From positions 4,096,001 to 4,160,000 of the forward strand of contig OZ220741.1 of assembly GCA_965116885.1 (NCBI GenBank): a DNA stretch of 64,000 bases, read 5' to 3'. A program made the translations under genes and the position numbers. The notes beneath the pieces were generated by a model. That model ran no database searches and was not told where the DNA came from. It was given only the letters and a program-made list of their open reading frames with translations. The number at the start of each line of letters is the position of its first letter. Position 1 is the stretch's first letter. This DNA comes from Candidatus Latescibacterota bacterium (GTDB lineage: Bacteria; Latescibacterota; UBA2968). This document shows positions 26,249-36,465 of this stretch, piece after piece.

Positions 26249-27625
26249 ATGGTACAAGAAAATCGACCAAATGTGTTGTTCATTTCATTCGATGATTTAA
26301 ATCACTATGTGGGATTTTTGGATCGCGCTCCAAATGCTGTGACCCCTCATTTTAATCGGTTGGCCGAGCGATGTACAGTATTTGAACGCGCGTATTGTCA
26401 AGCGCCGATTTGCAATCCCTCGCGGGCGAGTTTGATGAGTGGGTTGCGCCCATCCACTACGGGTGTTTATAACAATCGACAGCCGCTCAGATTTTCGGAA
26501 GCGGGAAGAAATTGTGTGACTTTGCCGCAGCACTTTCGGCAAAATGGCTATTTTACAACGGGCAGTGGCAAGGTATATCACGGCAAATTTCCCGATCCCA
26601 TGTCGTGGGATTCTTATGTGCCGAGCTTGTTCAGTCAGTCGCATTCTGGCGCGGGACCCGATCATCATCCCGTAAATGGCCTGAAGGGTATGGGCAATCT
26701 GGACTGGGGACCGATGGATGTTGCCGATGAAGATATGCAGGATTACAGGGCTGTGAGTTATTGTGTTGAGCAATTGCAGACCAGACATGACAAACCCTTC
26801 TTTTTGACGTGTGGGTTTAAGCTGCCGCATCTGATGTGGCATGTGCCGAGGAAATATGTCGAAGCTTATGACCTGAATGATCTCCATCTACCAGAGACAC
26901 TGGAGAATGATCTGGACGATGTTCCCGAAATCGCGCAGCGATGGGCGAATCAAAAACCGCATGCACGCATCGTAGAAGCAGGGCAATGGAAGGAAGCGAT
27001 TCGATGTTATCTGGCGTGTATCAGTTTTGTCGATACGCAAATTGGACGATTGATAGATGCACTGGATGCAAGTGCTTATGCAGAAAATACAGCAATTGTT
27101 TTGTGGGCAGATCACGGGTGGCATTTGGGCGAAAAAAGCCACTGGAAAAAAAGTACGTTATGGGAAGAGGCCACACGCGTACCCTTGCTTATTTCAGTTC
27201 CGGGTTATTCGCCCGGCACCTGTTCAAAACCCGTGGGATTGATCGATATTTATCCCACGCTGATTGCGTTGTGCGGCTTGCCCGCTCGCGAGGGACTGGA
27301 AGGGCGAAGTCTGGAGCCACTGATGGAAAATCCCAATCGCAACTGGCCCTTTCCCGCAATCACCACACATGGGCGAGGCAATCATGCCGTGCGATCTGAG
27401 CGATGGCGATATATCCGTTATGCAGATGGGTCAGAAGAGCTTTACGATCACAGGCATGACGAGATGGAGTGGAAAAATATGGCGCATAGCCCTATGTTGG
27501 GCGAGGTTAAAGAACTTCTATCACAGTGGTTGCCTGAAAACAATGCGCCGGATTCTGAGATTGTTGAATGGCCTGAAGAGAATGAGAGTTATCGGTCGAG
27601 GATAGAGGCGATGATGGACGAATAG
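26249..27625 (+). CDS. Cys-type sulfatase (iduronate-2-sulfatase-like)
   Basis: PNVLFISFDDL, CNPSRASLMSG (CxPxR), GKVYH, WADHGWHLGEK. Confidence 0.92.
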   Translation: MVQENRPNVLFISFDDLNHYVGFLDRAPNAVTPHFNRLAERCTVFERAYCQAPICNPSRASLMSGLRPSTTGVYNNRQPLRFSEAGRNCVTLPQHFRQNGYFTTGSGKVYHGKFPDPMSWDSYVPSLFSQSHSGAGPDHHPVNGLKGMGNLDWGPMDVADEDMQDYRAVSYCVEQLQTRHDKPFFLTCGFKLPHLMWHVPRKYVEAYDLNDLHLPETLENDLDDVPEIAQRWANQKPHARIVEAGQWKEAIRCYLACISFVDTQIGRLIDALDASAYAENTAIVLWADHGWHLGEKSHWKKSTLWEEATRVPLLISVPGYSPGTCSKPVGLIDIYPTLIALCGLPAREGLEGRSLEPLMENPNRNWPFPAITTHGRGNHAVRSERWRYIRYADGSEELYDHRHDEMEWKNMAHSPMLGEVKELLSQWLPENNAPDSEIVEWPEENESYRSRIEAMMDE

Positions 27626-27628
27626 ATA

Positions 27629-29608
27629 TTACCATCCATGCACAATATGGCCTGCGTCGGGAAACCAGATGGCATCGACGCCCGTGGAGATGCCAACACC
27701 GAGCAGGTAGCCGATCATGAGGCCATACCAGAAGGGCAGGGATTTGCGGTAGAGCGCGACGCCGCCAAAACGCATGATGAGTGCTTTGGTCGCCCACACA
27801 ACGAGCAGACTAAAACCATAGCGGCGGGTGGGGAAGGCGATGGCTACGGGATTAAAGGGCCACCAGGAAAAGCGCGTGCGTATGTAAGTCAAAAAACCAG
27901 CTATCGCAAATCCCCAGAGCCACACCCCCAGTTTTTCGATGTCGAAGTAGAGTATTGTCGAACCTTCTACATAAGGGACCAGGCGCACGAGATGGTTCCA
28001 GTCGCCCAAATAGAGCGGGCCGTTCATTCCGCCGTCCATGTAGCTGCGATACAGCGAATCGGTAGCGGTTGTGATACAACCCGCAATATAAGCGATGGGG
28101 ATGATGGCCCAGACCATGGGATGTCGCTTGAGGTGGTTGCCCAGCATGCGAAAGTAGTGGGGGACAGACATGGTGGCGGTGAGGCGAATGGGCATGCCGG
28201 CAAAGCCATTGCGGTTGATCATCCAGATTGTCGTGAGTGTTCCGGGCGACATGTTGGCCGTGCCGCCCATCTGCATCCACACATGGCCTCCCTTATCGGC
28301 ACCGAGTCCGCCGGTACTTCCGGGGGATAAAAAGGTGAATCCGGTTGCTGCGGCGTATTTGGCAACGCCGAATAGCGCGATGAACATCAAAATGAGTTGC
28401 ACGATGGTTGCCCACAATTCCATACCTGCGGCCAGACACCAGCCCGCGAGGAATATGACCGAAGCCGCGAGGCCGAGCCAGGCGGTTCGATAGGTGACTG
28501 GTGTTCCATCATCTGCGGCGCGATTGTTCGTCAGCGCACATTCGAGGGTGTTTTTGAGGTGTTTGCGCGAGACCCAGAGCGACCAGGCGACGAGAAAAAC
28601 GAGTGCGCCGTGGGATTCGAAGCTGAGTATTTCTGCCGGTGTCGCTTGCTGTCCCTGTAGTCCCACTGTGATGCCAGTTTGGTTCATCAGCCCCTCTTTG
28701 ATAATATTGAGGACATTGTAAAACCAGAAGCTGAAGAGCAAGTCGAGCGGGCACAAATAGGCCAGGCCCATTATCAGGGGTTGCATGCGTAAAAAATATC
28801 TTGGATAGTGATAGCCGATGTTTATCGCCATTTGTCCAGCGAGGTCATAGATGGGAATGTGAGGCAGGGTGTGGACAAAATAACCCGCGATATTCCAGCA
28901 GAGCACAAAGGTCGAAATGCCAAATCCCACCCAAAACAGGGGGGCGTGAAAGACGACGGGCAGGCGATAGCCGGGTTCTTCTCGCAACATTTCGGTGGGG
29001 AAGGTGGCCATAGGAAAGGTGAGACGCTCTTTTTCGTGCCACTGTTTGAAGAATAAGACGCTGCAGAAAAAACCGGCCATGACCACGGATAAACAGGCGG
29101 CGGTCCACCAGAAGAGCGGACGAATCCACGGTTGCCAGGGAATAGATGTGTTGGGTTCTAATCCACCATAAAGTTGCCCTATGACCACGGGCGATTTTTG
29201 CATAAAGAGCCAGTCGGGCAGCAGGGGGGCAATGACATCGCCCACGCGGTTTTCGGGCGATGCGAGGTGTACAGGAGCAGAGATGTTGCCCAGGAGATAG
29301 CCCGCCCAGCCCGTGGTGGGCAGGTTGCCCACGAGCCAGACCATGAAGAAGATGGTCAACATCTCCGTGCGCGATAAGGCGCGTTTTGGCGCGACGAGCT
29401 TAAGTATGGCGTTGATGCCAACCCAGGCGACAAAGGGGATCAGAGCCGATACGGGCATGTAGTTTTTGATCATGTTCCACGCAAAATGCGTGATGTAGAT
29501 CGTCATGAGGGCAATGGTCAAGATGCCGAGCATGACCGCGCGTACCGTGATCCCTCGATCCTGTACATCGGGATGGGTTTCCCGAGATATGTCTGTTTGT
29601 ATGGCCAT
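27629..29608 (-). CDS. Polytopic membrane protein, DUF6785/DUF6784 (OPT-like transporter) family
   Basis: GITVRAV, QWHEKERLTFP, DLLFSFWF, WWPFNP, RFGGVALYRKSLPFWYG; many TM helices. Confidence 0.7.
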   Translation of the reverse strand: MAIQTDISRETHPDVQDRGITVRAVMLGILTIALMTIYITHFAWNMIKNYMPVSALIPFVAWVGINAILKLVAPKRALSRTEMLTIFFMVWLVGNLPTTGWAGYLLGNISAPVHLASPENRVGDVIAPLLPDWLFMQKSPVVIGQLYGGLEPNTSIPWQPWIRPLFWWTAACLSVVMAGFFCSVLFFKQWHEKERLTFPMATFPTEMLREEPGYRLPVVFHAPLFWVGFGISTFVLCWNIAGYFVHTLPHIPIYDLAGQMAINIGYHYPRYFLRMQPLIMGLAYLCPLDLLFSFWFYNVLNIIKEGLMNQTGITVGLQGQQATPAEILSFESHGALVFLVAWSLWVSRKHLKNTLECALTNNRAADDGTPVTYRTAWLGLAASVIFLAGWCLAAGMELWATIVQLILMFIALFGVAKYAAATGFTFLSPGSTGGLGADKGGHVWMQMGGTANMSPGTLTTIWMINRNGFAGMPIRLTATMSVPHYFRMLGNHLKRHPMVWAIIPIAYIAGCITTATDSLYRSYMDGGMNGPLYLGDWNHLVRLVPYVEGSTILYFDIEKLGVWLWGFAIAGFLTYIRTRFSWWPFNPVAIAFPTRRYGFSLLVVWATKALIMRFGGVALYRKSLPFWYGLMIGYLLGVGISTGVDAIWFPDAGHIVHGW

Positions 29609-29629
29609 TTTAAAATCGGAATGGGTTTG

Positions 29630-31129
29630 TCAATCTCGAACTTCGTAACCCAGTGCTCTGAGTTTGTCTTCTTGTCCTACGGGTGTGTGCAAGGTGGTGT
29701 AGAATTTGTCGAGCAGTGCTTTGGGCTGTTGGGGTGTAGATAGGCTTACGATAATGGTGAGTAGAACGCCTGTGCTGAGGTACCAGGTCACCTGTTCCAT
29801 GAATTCCAGGTGGAAATAGTTGCGGGTAATCCACCACACGAGGGCAGAACTGATCAGGCCAGCCCACGCGCCGTAGCCGTTGCACCTGCGCCACAAGATG
29901 CCGCCCCATACGGCGATGCCCCAGAAGGCCGGGAGTGCCGAGAGAAAACGCCACAATTCGACTACGCTACTAAAAATTTCCGTTACCACGATGCCCGCGA
30001 TGACCATGAGGATGCCCATAATTCGCCCTGCATTGAGATAGTGGTGGTCTTCTTTTTTTCGCGCAAAATAGGGTTTGTAAATATTTTCGACAAAGAGTGC
30101 CGATCCAGCGACCATAAACGAGTCGCAAGATGACATAACGGCTGCGATCATGGATGCCAGCATGACACCGACGAGACCAACGGGCAGCAGGTCGCGCGTT
30201 GCCATGCCAAAGACGAGTTCGGGATCGTCTATGTTGGGATATATGACCATAGCGCCCACGCCGATAAATGCCCAGGCGATGGTGCAAAAGCGTTTGATCA
30301 TGTTGCCATAGGTAAATCCGACGCGGCCTTCCCATTCTGTTTTGCCAGATCCGCCCATTTCCATGCAGTGGGGTTGTCCGGGGATGTTGAACAGGGTATT
30401 GATGGTGAGTATGATGACAAATGCGACGGAGATGCGATCGTAGCCGGGCGGTGGATCATCGGGTGCGGTGAGGCCAAAGACGTCCTGTGGCAGTGTTTGA
30501 TGAAGCCCGGTAAAACCACCGACCTGATCGAGCAGAAAAGGGCAGAGCAAAAAAGACAGGACGATGACGAATATGCCCTGAATAAAGTCTGTGATTACAG
30601 CGGCTTGCAGGCCGCCTAAGAGGCCATAAGATACAAATAAAATTGTCATGACAATGATGCAGGTCTCTGTGCTGAGCACACCGCCGGTAATCCCGCTTGC
30701 CATTTTTCCCGTGCCTTCGAGCATAATGCCCATGGCGAGTACGTAGAAGATAACGCCGAAGACCGTATATGCCGGGCCGAGTCCTTTGCCGAAACGCTCG
30801 TCAAAAAAGTCGCCTGTGGTGATATAGCGCATGCGCCTGAAAAGGGGCATCATGATCCAGTAAAACGGGGTGCAAAACAGGGGCAGCCAGGCATACCATA
30901 TCCCGCGCATCCCCATTTTGTAAGATGCTCCGACGACATTGACAGCGGCATCGGTGTGGGTTCCGGTGCCAAAGGCATGCATGATGAGCACGGCTTTGCC
31001 AAACTTGCGCCCACCCATAAAATAATCGAGTGTGCCTTTGACTCCTCGAGACGAAATGAGGCCGATGGTGGTGATGCCCAGGAGATAAACGCCGAGTGTG
31101 AGCACGTCGTAGATGTGCAGACCAAACAT
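29630..31129 (-). CDS. Sodium:solute symporter family protein
   Basis: DYFMGGR, GGLQAAVITDFIQG, AAVMSSCDS; ATG 31129 after GGGAGG. Confidence 0.92.
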   Translation of the reverse strand: MFGLHIYDVLTLGVYLLGITTIGLISSRGVKGTLDYFMGGRKFGKAVLIMHAFGTGTHTDAAVNVVGASYKMGMRGIWYAWLPLFCTPFYWIMMPLFRRMRYITTGDFFDERFGKGLGPAYTVFGVIFYVLAMGIMLEGTGKMASGITGGVLSTETCIIVMTILFVSYGLLGGLQAAVITDFIQGIFVIVLSFLLCPFLLDQVGGFTGLHQTLPQDVFGLTAPDDPPPGYDRISVAFVIILTINTLFNIPGQPHCMEMGGSGKTEWEGRVGFTYGNMIKRFCTIAWAFIGVGAMVIYPNIDDPELVFGMATRDLLPVGLVGVMLASMIAAVMSSCDSFMVAGSALFVENIYKPYFARKKEDHHYLNAGRIMGILMVIAGIVVTEIFSSVVELWRFLSALPAFWGIAVWGGILWRRCNGYGAWAGLISSALVWWITRNYFHLEFMEQVTWYLSTGVLLTIIVSLSTPQQPKALLDKFYTTLHTPVGQEDKLRALGYEVRD

Positions 31130-31241
31130 AAATCCTCCCGTAAAAAGTATCTTAATGATGACGGGCAAAATAGGGCGAAGGTCAAAAGTTTTCAACTTAA
31201 ATTTCTGTGAAACCATGGGGTAATCCCATAAGGAGGTTGTT

Positions 31242-32099
31242 ATGGACATTTATGAGAAGTATTTTTTTGATGTGAATGGCTATCTGGTCGTGGAGGATAT
31301 TTTGTCTGCCGATCAGGTTGCAGCACTCAATGAGGCGATTGATCACAATCGAGATAGAATACGGATTCGAGAGGGGGAGGATAGGTTGTCGGGCGGTGTG
31401 GGCAGACATGGCGGCGAGGTTTCTATCGCACTGGAAGGATCACATGGGCGAGGGGATATCGGGAGTATTCTGAGATGGCCAAAGCCGTGGTGTCAACCCT
31501 TCCGCGATTTGCTATCCCATTTGCCAACGATGCACTATATGCTCGATATGATCGGCAATGGGTTTCGCTATGGCAATGCCAATGGGATTAGCATGACCAA
31601 AGGCGCAGAAGGGCATTTGCTACACGGCGGCGGTGGGTTTTTGGGTGGACATATGTATTTCTGTAAAGATGGGAAGATGTGGAATAATCTGATAGCTGTG
31701 TGTTATCAACTCGCCGATGTCAATCCCGGCGATGGCGGATTTGTGTGTATTCCCGGCAGTCATAAGGCGAATTTTGAATGCCCGACGGATGTGCGCCGAA
31801 TGGAGCGGGATTTGGGGTGTTTTAAGCATATTCCCATGAAGGCGGGTTCTGCGGTCATTTTTACCGAGGCACTGACACATGGCGCAATGCCGTGGACTGC
31901 GGATCACGAGCGACGGACTCTGTTGTATCGCTATGCCGCAGGGGGGTATGTCAACCCGCCCAGTGGCAATGATCCCGCGAAATACGCGCCATTTATGGAT
32001 GAATTGACACCGCTTCAGCAGGCTATTATGCAACCCCCGCACAATGCAGGGCGCATAGATGTCGCCGCGCTAATCGAGGCGGATGAAAGCGAGTGCTAA
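31242..32099 (+). CDS. Phytanoyl-CoA dioxygenase (PhyH) family Fe(II)/2OG enzyme, HxG variant
   Basis: FDVNGYLVV, GGFVCIPGSHK, KAGSAVIF....HG, RR; first metal motif reads LHGG. Confidence 0.85.
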   Translation: MDIYEKYFFDVNGYLVVEDILSADQVAALNEAIDHNRDRIRIREGEDRLSGGVGRHGGEVSIALEGSHGRGDIGSILRWPKPWCQPFRDLLSHLPTMHYMLDMIGNGFRYGNANGISMTKGAEGHLLHGGGGFLGGHMYFCKDGKMWNNLIAVCYQLADVNPGDGGFVCIPGSHKANFECPTDVRRMERDLGCFKHIPMKAGSAVIFTEALTHGAMPWTADHERRTLLYRYAAGGYVNPPSGNDPAKYAPFMDELTPLQQAIMQPPHNAGRIDVAALIEADESEC

Positions 32100-32107
32100 A
32101 AACTGAG

Positions 32108-32136
32108 TTGACAGGCTGTTTTTTTCTTTCTATAAA
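32108..32136 (+). promoter_or_regulatory. Sigma-70 promoter of the first molybdoenzyme operon
   Basis: TTGACA-N17-TATAAA. Confidence 0.55.
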
Positions 32137-32182
32137 TGTTCAACGCAGATGCAAGGGGAAATAAAAAGTATAAGGAGGCCCT

Positions 32183-32827
32183 ATGAATACAAATTTTTCC
32201 CGCGAGGTCGTTTTGTCAGATGATGTGGCAATGGGGCGGGCGGGGATGTCGAGACGCGACTTTATCAAAGGGATTATTGCTACTGGCGCGTCCATTTCTG
32301 CGATGGGATATGTGTTTGGAGGCTGCGCGGGCGATATGGGTAGCGCGCCGGGCGCGGTTGAGCGGCTCATTTCTCTCAATGTAAATGGTCGCGTGCGCCG
32401 CGTTGATGTGTTGCCGCAGGAAACGCTGGCGATGACTTTGCGGTACAAACTGGGGCTTACGGGCACAAAGCTGGGGTGCGACCGGGGTGAATGCGGTGCG
32501 TGTACAGTGCTGGTCGATGATGTGGCGATGTATTCGTGTTCGACTTTAACCCACCGCGTTCGGGGCCGTTCGGTTGTGACTGTTGAAGGGCTGGAAGGCG
32601 AAGATGGCGCGTTGCATCCGGTTCAGCGAGCATTTATTGAAGAACTGGGCCCTCAGTGTGGTTTTTGCACGCCGGGGCAGGTGATGTCTGCGGTGGCACT
32701 GCTGAAGATCAATCCGGATCCAACCCGCGAAGAAGCGCGGGTTGCCATGTCTGGAAATCTTTGTCGCTGTGGTGCTTATGACAATTATCTGAACTCAGTG
32801 ATGCGTGCGGCCAAGGAGGCTTCTTAA
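32183..32827 (+). CDS. 2x[2Fe-2S] subunit (PaoA/CoxS family) with a Tat signal
   Basis: SRRDFIK twin-arginine motif; GCDRGECGAC, QCGFC, CRCG. Confidence 0.92.
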   Translation: MNTNFSREVVLSDDVAMGRAGMSRRDFIKGIIATGASISAMGYVFGGCAGDMGSAPGAVERLISLNVNGRVRRVDVLPQETLAMTLRYKLGLTGTKLGCDRGECGACTVLVDDVAMYSCSTLTHRVRGRSVVTVEGLEGEDGALHPVQRAFIEELGPQCGFCTPGQVMSAVALLKINPDPTREEARVAMSGNLCRCGAYDNYLNSVMRAAKEAS

Positions 32828-35224
32828 ATGGCATATCAATTGATTGGCAAGGATTTTACGCCGTCAGATGTGGCGGCAAAGGTTACGGGTAAGGCAAAAT
32901 ACGCCGAGGATTTTCGCGCTGAAGGCATGGTGTTTTGTCGCTTGCTTTTGAGCACAATGCCCCATGCGCGCATTCGCAACATCGACGTGTCTGAAGCGAT
33001 GAAGATGAAGGGCGTTTTGGGTATTTTAACTGCCGATGACGTGCCCGAGCAAAACGCGCCGAACAATCCCATTTTGACGAATAATCCCCATTATGTGGGG
33101 GATCCGATTCTGGCAGTTGCCGCCCTCGACGAGCAGACGGCACAGGATGCGATTGACAAAATTGCGATTGATTATGAACCCTTGCCTTTTACGCTCGATC
33201 CCCTGGAGAGTCTTTATCCTGGCGGCACAAATGCCCGAGAAGACGGCAATATTCGCAACCGGCGTTCGGGAAGCGAGACAATCAAATGGACTGCTGGGGA
33301 TTTTGTCGATAAGGATGTGTGTCCGACGGGCAAACCAGCAACTGAATGGTCTTATGGCGAGGTTGATCAGGGGTTTGAAAATGCGAAATTGATCGTAGAT
33401 GAGAGCTTTGTCACGGCAAATAATCCGCATCATTCGATGGAACCGAGATCGTGCATGGCTTTATGGGAAAACGGCAAGTGTTTCGTATATGGCGCGACGC
33501 AAAGCCAGAGCCGTCCCACGCGCGATCTGGCCCGTCTCCTGGGGATGGAGTCTGAAGACCTGGTTTATATCGCAGAATACTGCGGAGGTGGCTTTGGCTC
33601 CAAAGGCACGGCGTATCCCGTGATGGCTATTCCGCCGCTTATGTCCAAAAAAGTCGGACGCCCCGTGATGATGCGTATTAGTCGCGTGGAAGAGTATTTC
33701 ATCGGGTCTGCGCGTCACGGCTTTCAGGGGCGAATTAAAATTGGTTTTCGCGGCGATGGGCGGATCAGTGCGCTGGATATGTACGTGATTCAGGAAAATG
33801 GCGCCTATCGCGGCGGTGGGGATTGGACCGCTGCCGGTGATGCAGTTTCGCTGGTTTATACGCCCGAGGCCATGCGCTTTCGAGGGATTCCCGTATATAC
33901 CAATACGCCAATCAGAGGGGCACAGCGCGGTCCTGGGCAAAACCAAATCGCCTGTGTGGTCGAGCCTTTGCTCGACAAGGCAGCCGAGGAACTGGACATT
34001 GATCAACTGGCGATTCGGCGCATTAATGCACCCGATAACGATTCGAAATACGGGCGCAGGCAGGGACCTGTTACGAGCGTTTATATGCGCGAGGCACTGG
34101 ACAAAGGCGGCAAGGCTTTTGATTGGGCAGGAAAAAAGCAAAAAAGCCGTCAGAAGAGTGGCTCAAAGGTTATTGGTGTGGGGATTGGACAGGCTTATCA
34201 CGCTGCGGGTTCAAATGGTTATGATGGTCTGGTGCGCCTGACGCCAGAGGGCAAGTTGCACATTCATTCGGGTGTTGGCAATCTCGGCACGTTTTCGCAC
34301 ACTGCAACCTCTCTCACAGCCGCCGAAGTACTGACGTGTAAATGGGAAAATTGCGTGATTGAGCGGGGTGACAGCCGTCGTCATTTGCCGTGGAACCACG
34401 CACAGTGGGGGAGCAATACCTCGTTTACGATGACGCGCACGAATTATGTTGCGGCTATGGATGCGAAGAACAAATTGCTGGAGATTGCAGCAAAGGACCT
34501 GGGTGGCTCTCCCAACGATTACGATCTGGCCGATGAGCGTGTTGTGCATAAGACGGACAAATCCAAAAGCATGGGATTTGCAGATGCGGCAAAACGCGCA
34601 ATTGAACTGGGGGGCAAGTACGACGGCCATGAAGCTCCCGAAGATATTCACGACATGACAAAAGCCTCGGTGGTTGCGCTTGCGGGCACGGGACTGATCG
34701 GCGTTGCCAAAGATAACCTGAAGCGCGAGGGCGTTGTCCCGGCGATGGCGGTCGGACTTATCGAGATTGAGTTGGATCTGGAGACTGGCAAGTACGAGAT
34801 TTTGGATTATGTGGGGGTTGCAGAGTGCGGCACAGTGCTGCACCCGCAGGGGCTGGAGACGCAGATCAAAGGCGGCGCAGTTATGGGATTTGGTCTGGCT
34901 GCGCTGGAGCGATACGTGTATGATCCGCAAAACGGCCTTCCCGCAAATATGGGGCTTTATCAATGTAAGCCGCCGTCGTATCTCGATGTCCCATCTGAGA
35001 TGAAAACCGAGGTGGTCGATATCGCCGATCCCCAAAATCCAGTTGGTGCTAAGGGGATAGGCGAACCTGTGCAGGGTTGTGCCGCTGCCGCGCTTTTGTG
35101 CGCGATTTCAGATGCGCTGGGCGGGCATTATTTTAATCGGATGCCCGTGACGACCGATCATATTGTCAATGCAGCCGCAGGACGCGAACAGTCGTATAAA
35201 GCACTGCAGGTGAATACGGTATGA
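32828..35224 (+). CDS. Xanthine dehydrogenase family molybdopterin-binding subunit (PaoC-like)
   Basis: KVTGKAKYAED, GGGFGSK, QRGPG, QIKGG, AKGIGE. Confidence 0.92.
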   Translation: MAYQLIGKDFTPSDVAAKVTGKAKYAEDFRAEGMVFCRLLLSTMPHARIRNIDVSEAMKMKGVLGILTADDVPEQNAPNNPILTNNPHYVGDPILAVAALDEQTAQDAIDKIAIDYEPLPFTLDPLESLYPGGTNAREDGNIRNRRSGSETIKWTAGDFVDKDVCPTGKPATEWSYGEVDQGFENAKLIVDESFVTANNPHHSMEPRSCMALWENGKCFVYGATQSQSRPTRDLARLLGMESEDLVYIAEYCGGGFGSKGTAYPVMAIPPLMSKKVGRPVMMRISRVEEYFIGSARHGFQGRIKIGFRGDGRISALDMYVIQENGAYRGGGDWTAAGDAVSLVYTPEAMRFRGIPVYTNTPIRGAQRGPGQNQIACVVEPLLDKAAEELDIDQLAIRRINAPDNDSKYGRRQGPVTSVYMREALDKGGKAFDWAGKKQKSRQKSGSKVIGVGIGQAYHAAGSNGYDGLVRLTPEGKLHIHSGVGNLGTFSHTATSLTAAEVLTCKWENCVIERGDSRRHLPWNHAQWGSNTSFTMTRTNYVAAMDAKNKLLEIAAKDLGGSPNDYDLADERVVHKTDKSKSMGFADAAKRAIELGGKYDGHEAPEDIHDMTKASVVALAGTGLIGVAKDNLKREGVVPAMAVGLIEIELDLETGKYEILDYVGVAECGTVLHPQGLETQIKGGAVMGFGLAALERYVYDPQNGLPANMGLYQCKPPSYLDVPSEMKTEVVDIADPQNPVGAKGIGEPVQGCAAAALLCAISDALGGHYFNRMPVTTDHIVNAAAGREQSYKALQVNTV

Positions 35225-35232
35225 GAAATGTG

Positions 35233-35252
35233 ATCCGCAGATGGACGCAGAT
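35233..35252 (+). repeat. Dispersed ATCCGCAGAT-NNACGCAGAT motif
   Basis: Copies also at 62776-62795 (+), 46612-46642 (+, with insertion), 23587-23606 (-) and a partial at 857-866 (-). Confidence 0.75.
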
Positions 35253-35254
35253 AT

Positions 35255-35279
35255 GTAGGGGCGCCCCTCGTGGTCGCCC
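35255..35279 (+). repeat. GTAG-type REP palindrome
   Basis: GTAGGGGCGCCCCTCGTGGTCGCCC. Confidence 0.75.
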
Positions 35280-35320
35280 GTGTATGAGTGTGAAATGTGA
35301 AGGAGAAAGGAGGAAATGAT

Positions 35321-36310
35321 ATGCTCAAAGATATGATGGCTAATTTTGAATTGTATCAGCCCACTGCAATAGATCACGCGCTGAATTTAATGGATCGCTA
35401 TGGCGATGACGGTTGGGTTCTGGCAGGGGGGCAGGATAGTTTTGACTGGTTTAAGGACCGCGCCAAGAAGCCCAGCGCAGTTATCGATATTAACGGTATT
35501 GATGATTTGCATGGGATTCGCGAAACAGCCGATGGGATTGAGATTGGCGCATTGACCACGCTGACGGAGATTGAGACAAGCGCGCTGATTAAAGAGAAAT
35601 ACAGCGTGTTGGCCGATGCTGCGCGACATGTTGCAAGCCCGCAAATTCGCAATGCGGGAACAATCGGGGGCAATGTCTGTCAGGATACGCGGTGCTGGTA
35701 TTATCGGTATGGTCTGGATTGTTATCGGGCGGGCGGGAATACGTGTTATGCAGATACGCCCGAGGGAATTGACCGCGAGCATTGTCTTTTTGGGGCGGAT
35801 CGGTGTATTGCCGTGTCTCCTTCAGATACCGCACCCGCACTTGTTGCCCTCGATGCGCGTATGGTGGTTGTAAATGGCGATGGAGAAAAAGAGGTGCTGG
35901 CAGAGAACTTTTTTATTGGTCCCGATGTGGATATTATGCGCATGACGATTTTGCAACCGGGTGATTTGCTCAAGTCTATTGTGATTCCCAACACATGGGC
36001 AGGTGCGCGTTTTTATTTTGAAAAGGTGGCCGAAAGGAACACCTGGGATTTCGCGCTGGTCAATATTGCCTCTGCAATGAAGGTAGAGAACGATGCGATT
36101 GCCGATATCCGCCTGGCCTGTGGCGGTGTTGCGTGTGTGCCGCGACGCTTGACGGTTGTGGAAGAGGTGGTCAAGGGCAGTCCCCAAACTGGCGCGTCTG
36201 CCGATCTCGCTGCGAGTGCGGCAAGCCGTGGTGCCACGCCGCTGAATTACAATGGGTTTAAGATTCCTCTTATGGAGAGTCTGGTCAAACGGGCGATACG
36301 AGAGAGTTAA
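35321..36310 (+). CDS. FAD-binding subunit with a [4Fe-4S] insertion (PaoB/YagS-like)
   Basis: LAGGQD, QIRNAGTIGGN, RCWYYR..C......C...HC....C insertion, PSD.APAL; ATG 35321 after AGGAGG. Confidence 0.9.
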   Translation: MLKDMMANFELYQPTAIDHALNLMDRYGDDGWVLAGGQDSFDWFKDRAKKPSAVIDINGIDDLHGIRETADGIEIGALTTLTEIETSALIKEKYSVLADAARHVASPQIRNAGTIGGNVCQDTRCWYYRYGLDCYRAGGNTCYADTPEGIDREHCLFGADRCIAVSPSDTAPALVALDARMVVVNGDGEKEVLAENFFIGPDVDIMRMTILQPGDLLKSIVIPNTWAGARFYFEKVAERNTWDFALVNIASAMKVENDAIADIRLACGGVACVPRRLTVVEEVVKGSPQTGASADLAASAASRGATPLNYNGFKIPLMESLVKRAIRES

Positions 36311-36465
36311 TGGATATTTTTCGATATACCAGCGATGCCTGGGGACAGCGGGTTTTAGAAGGTCTTTCGTGGGACCTGATCGGGTATTTTGCAGGTGCTG
36401 GCGTTGTGTTTATTGTTTTGCATGCGGGTTATATGCACTTTTTTGTGAAAAAAAACGGTCAATGA
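36310..36465 (+). CDS. 51-aa single-TM protein, probably the N-terminal piece of the cytochrome b subunit
   Basis: MDIFRYTSDAWGQRVLEGLSWDLIGYFAGAGVVFIVLHAGYMHFFVKKNGQ; TAATG overlap upstream and ATGA overlap downstream. Confidence 0.7.
   Translation: MDIFRYTSDAWGQRVLEGLSWDLIGYFAGAGVVFIVLHAGYMHFFVKKNGQ

Noticed and set aside
32091..32099. GAGTGCTAA as a CIRCE element
   Set aside because: Only the right arm is present, it is the last codons of a gene, and no chaperone gene follows.
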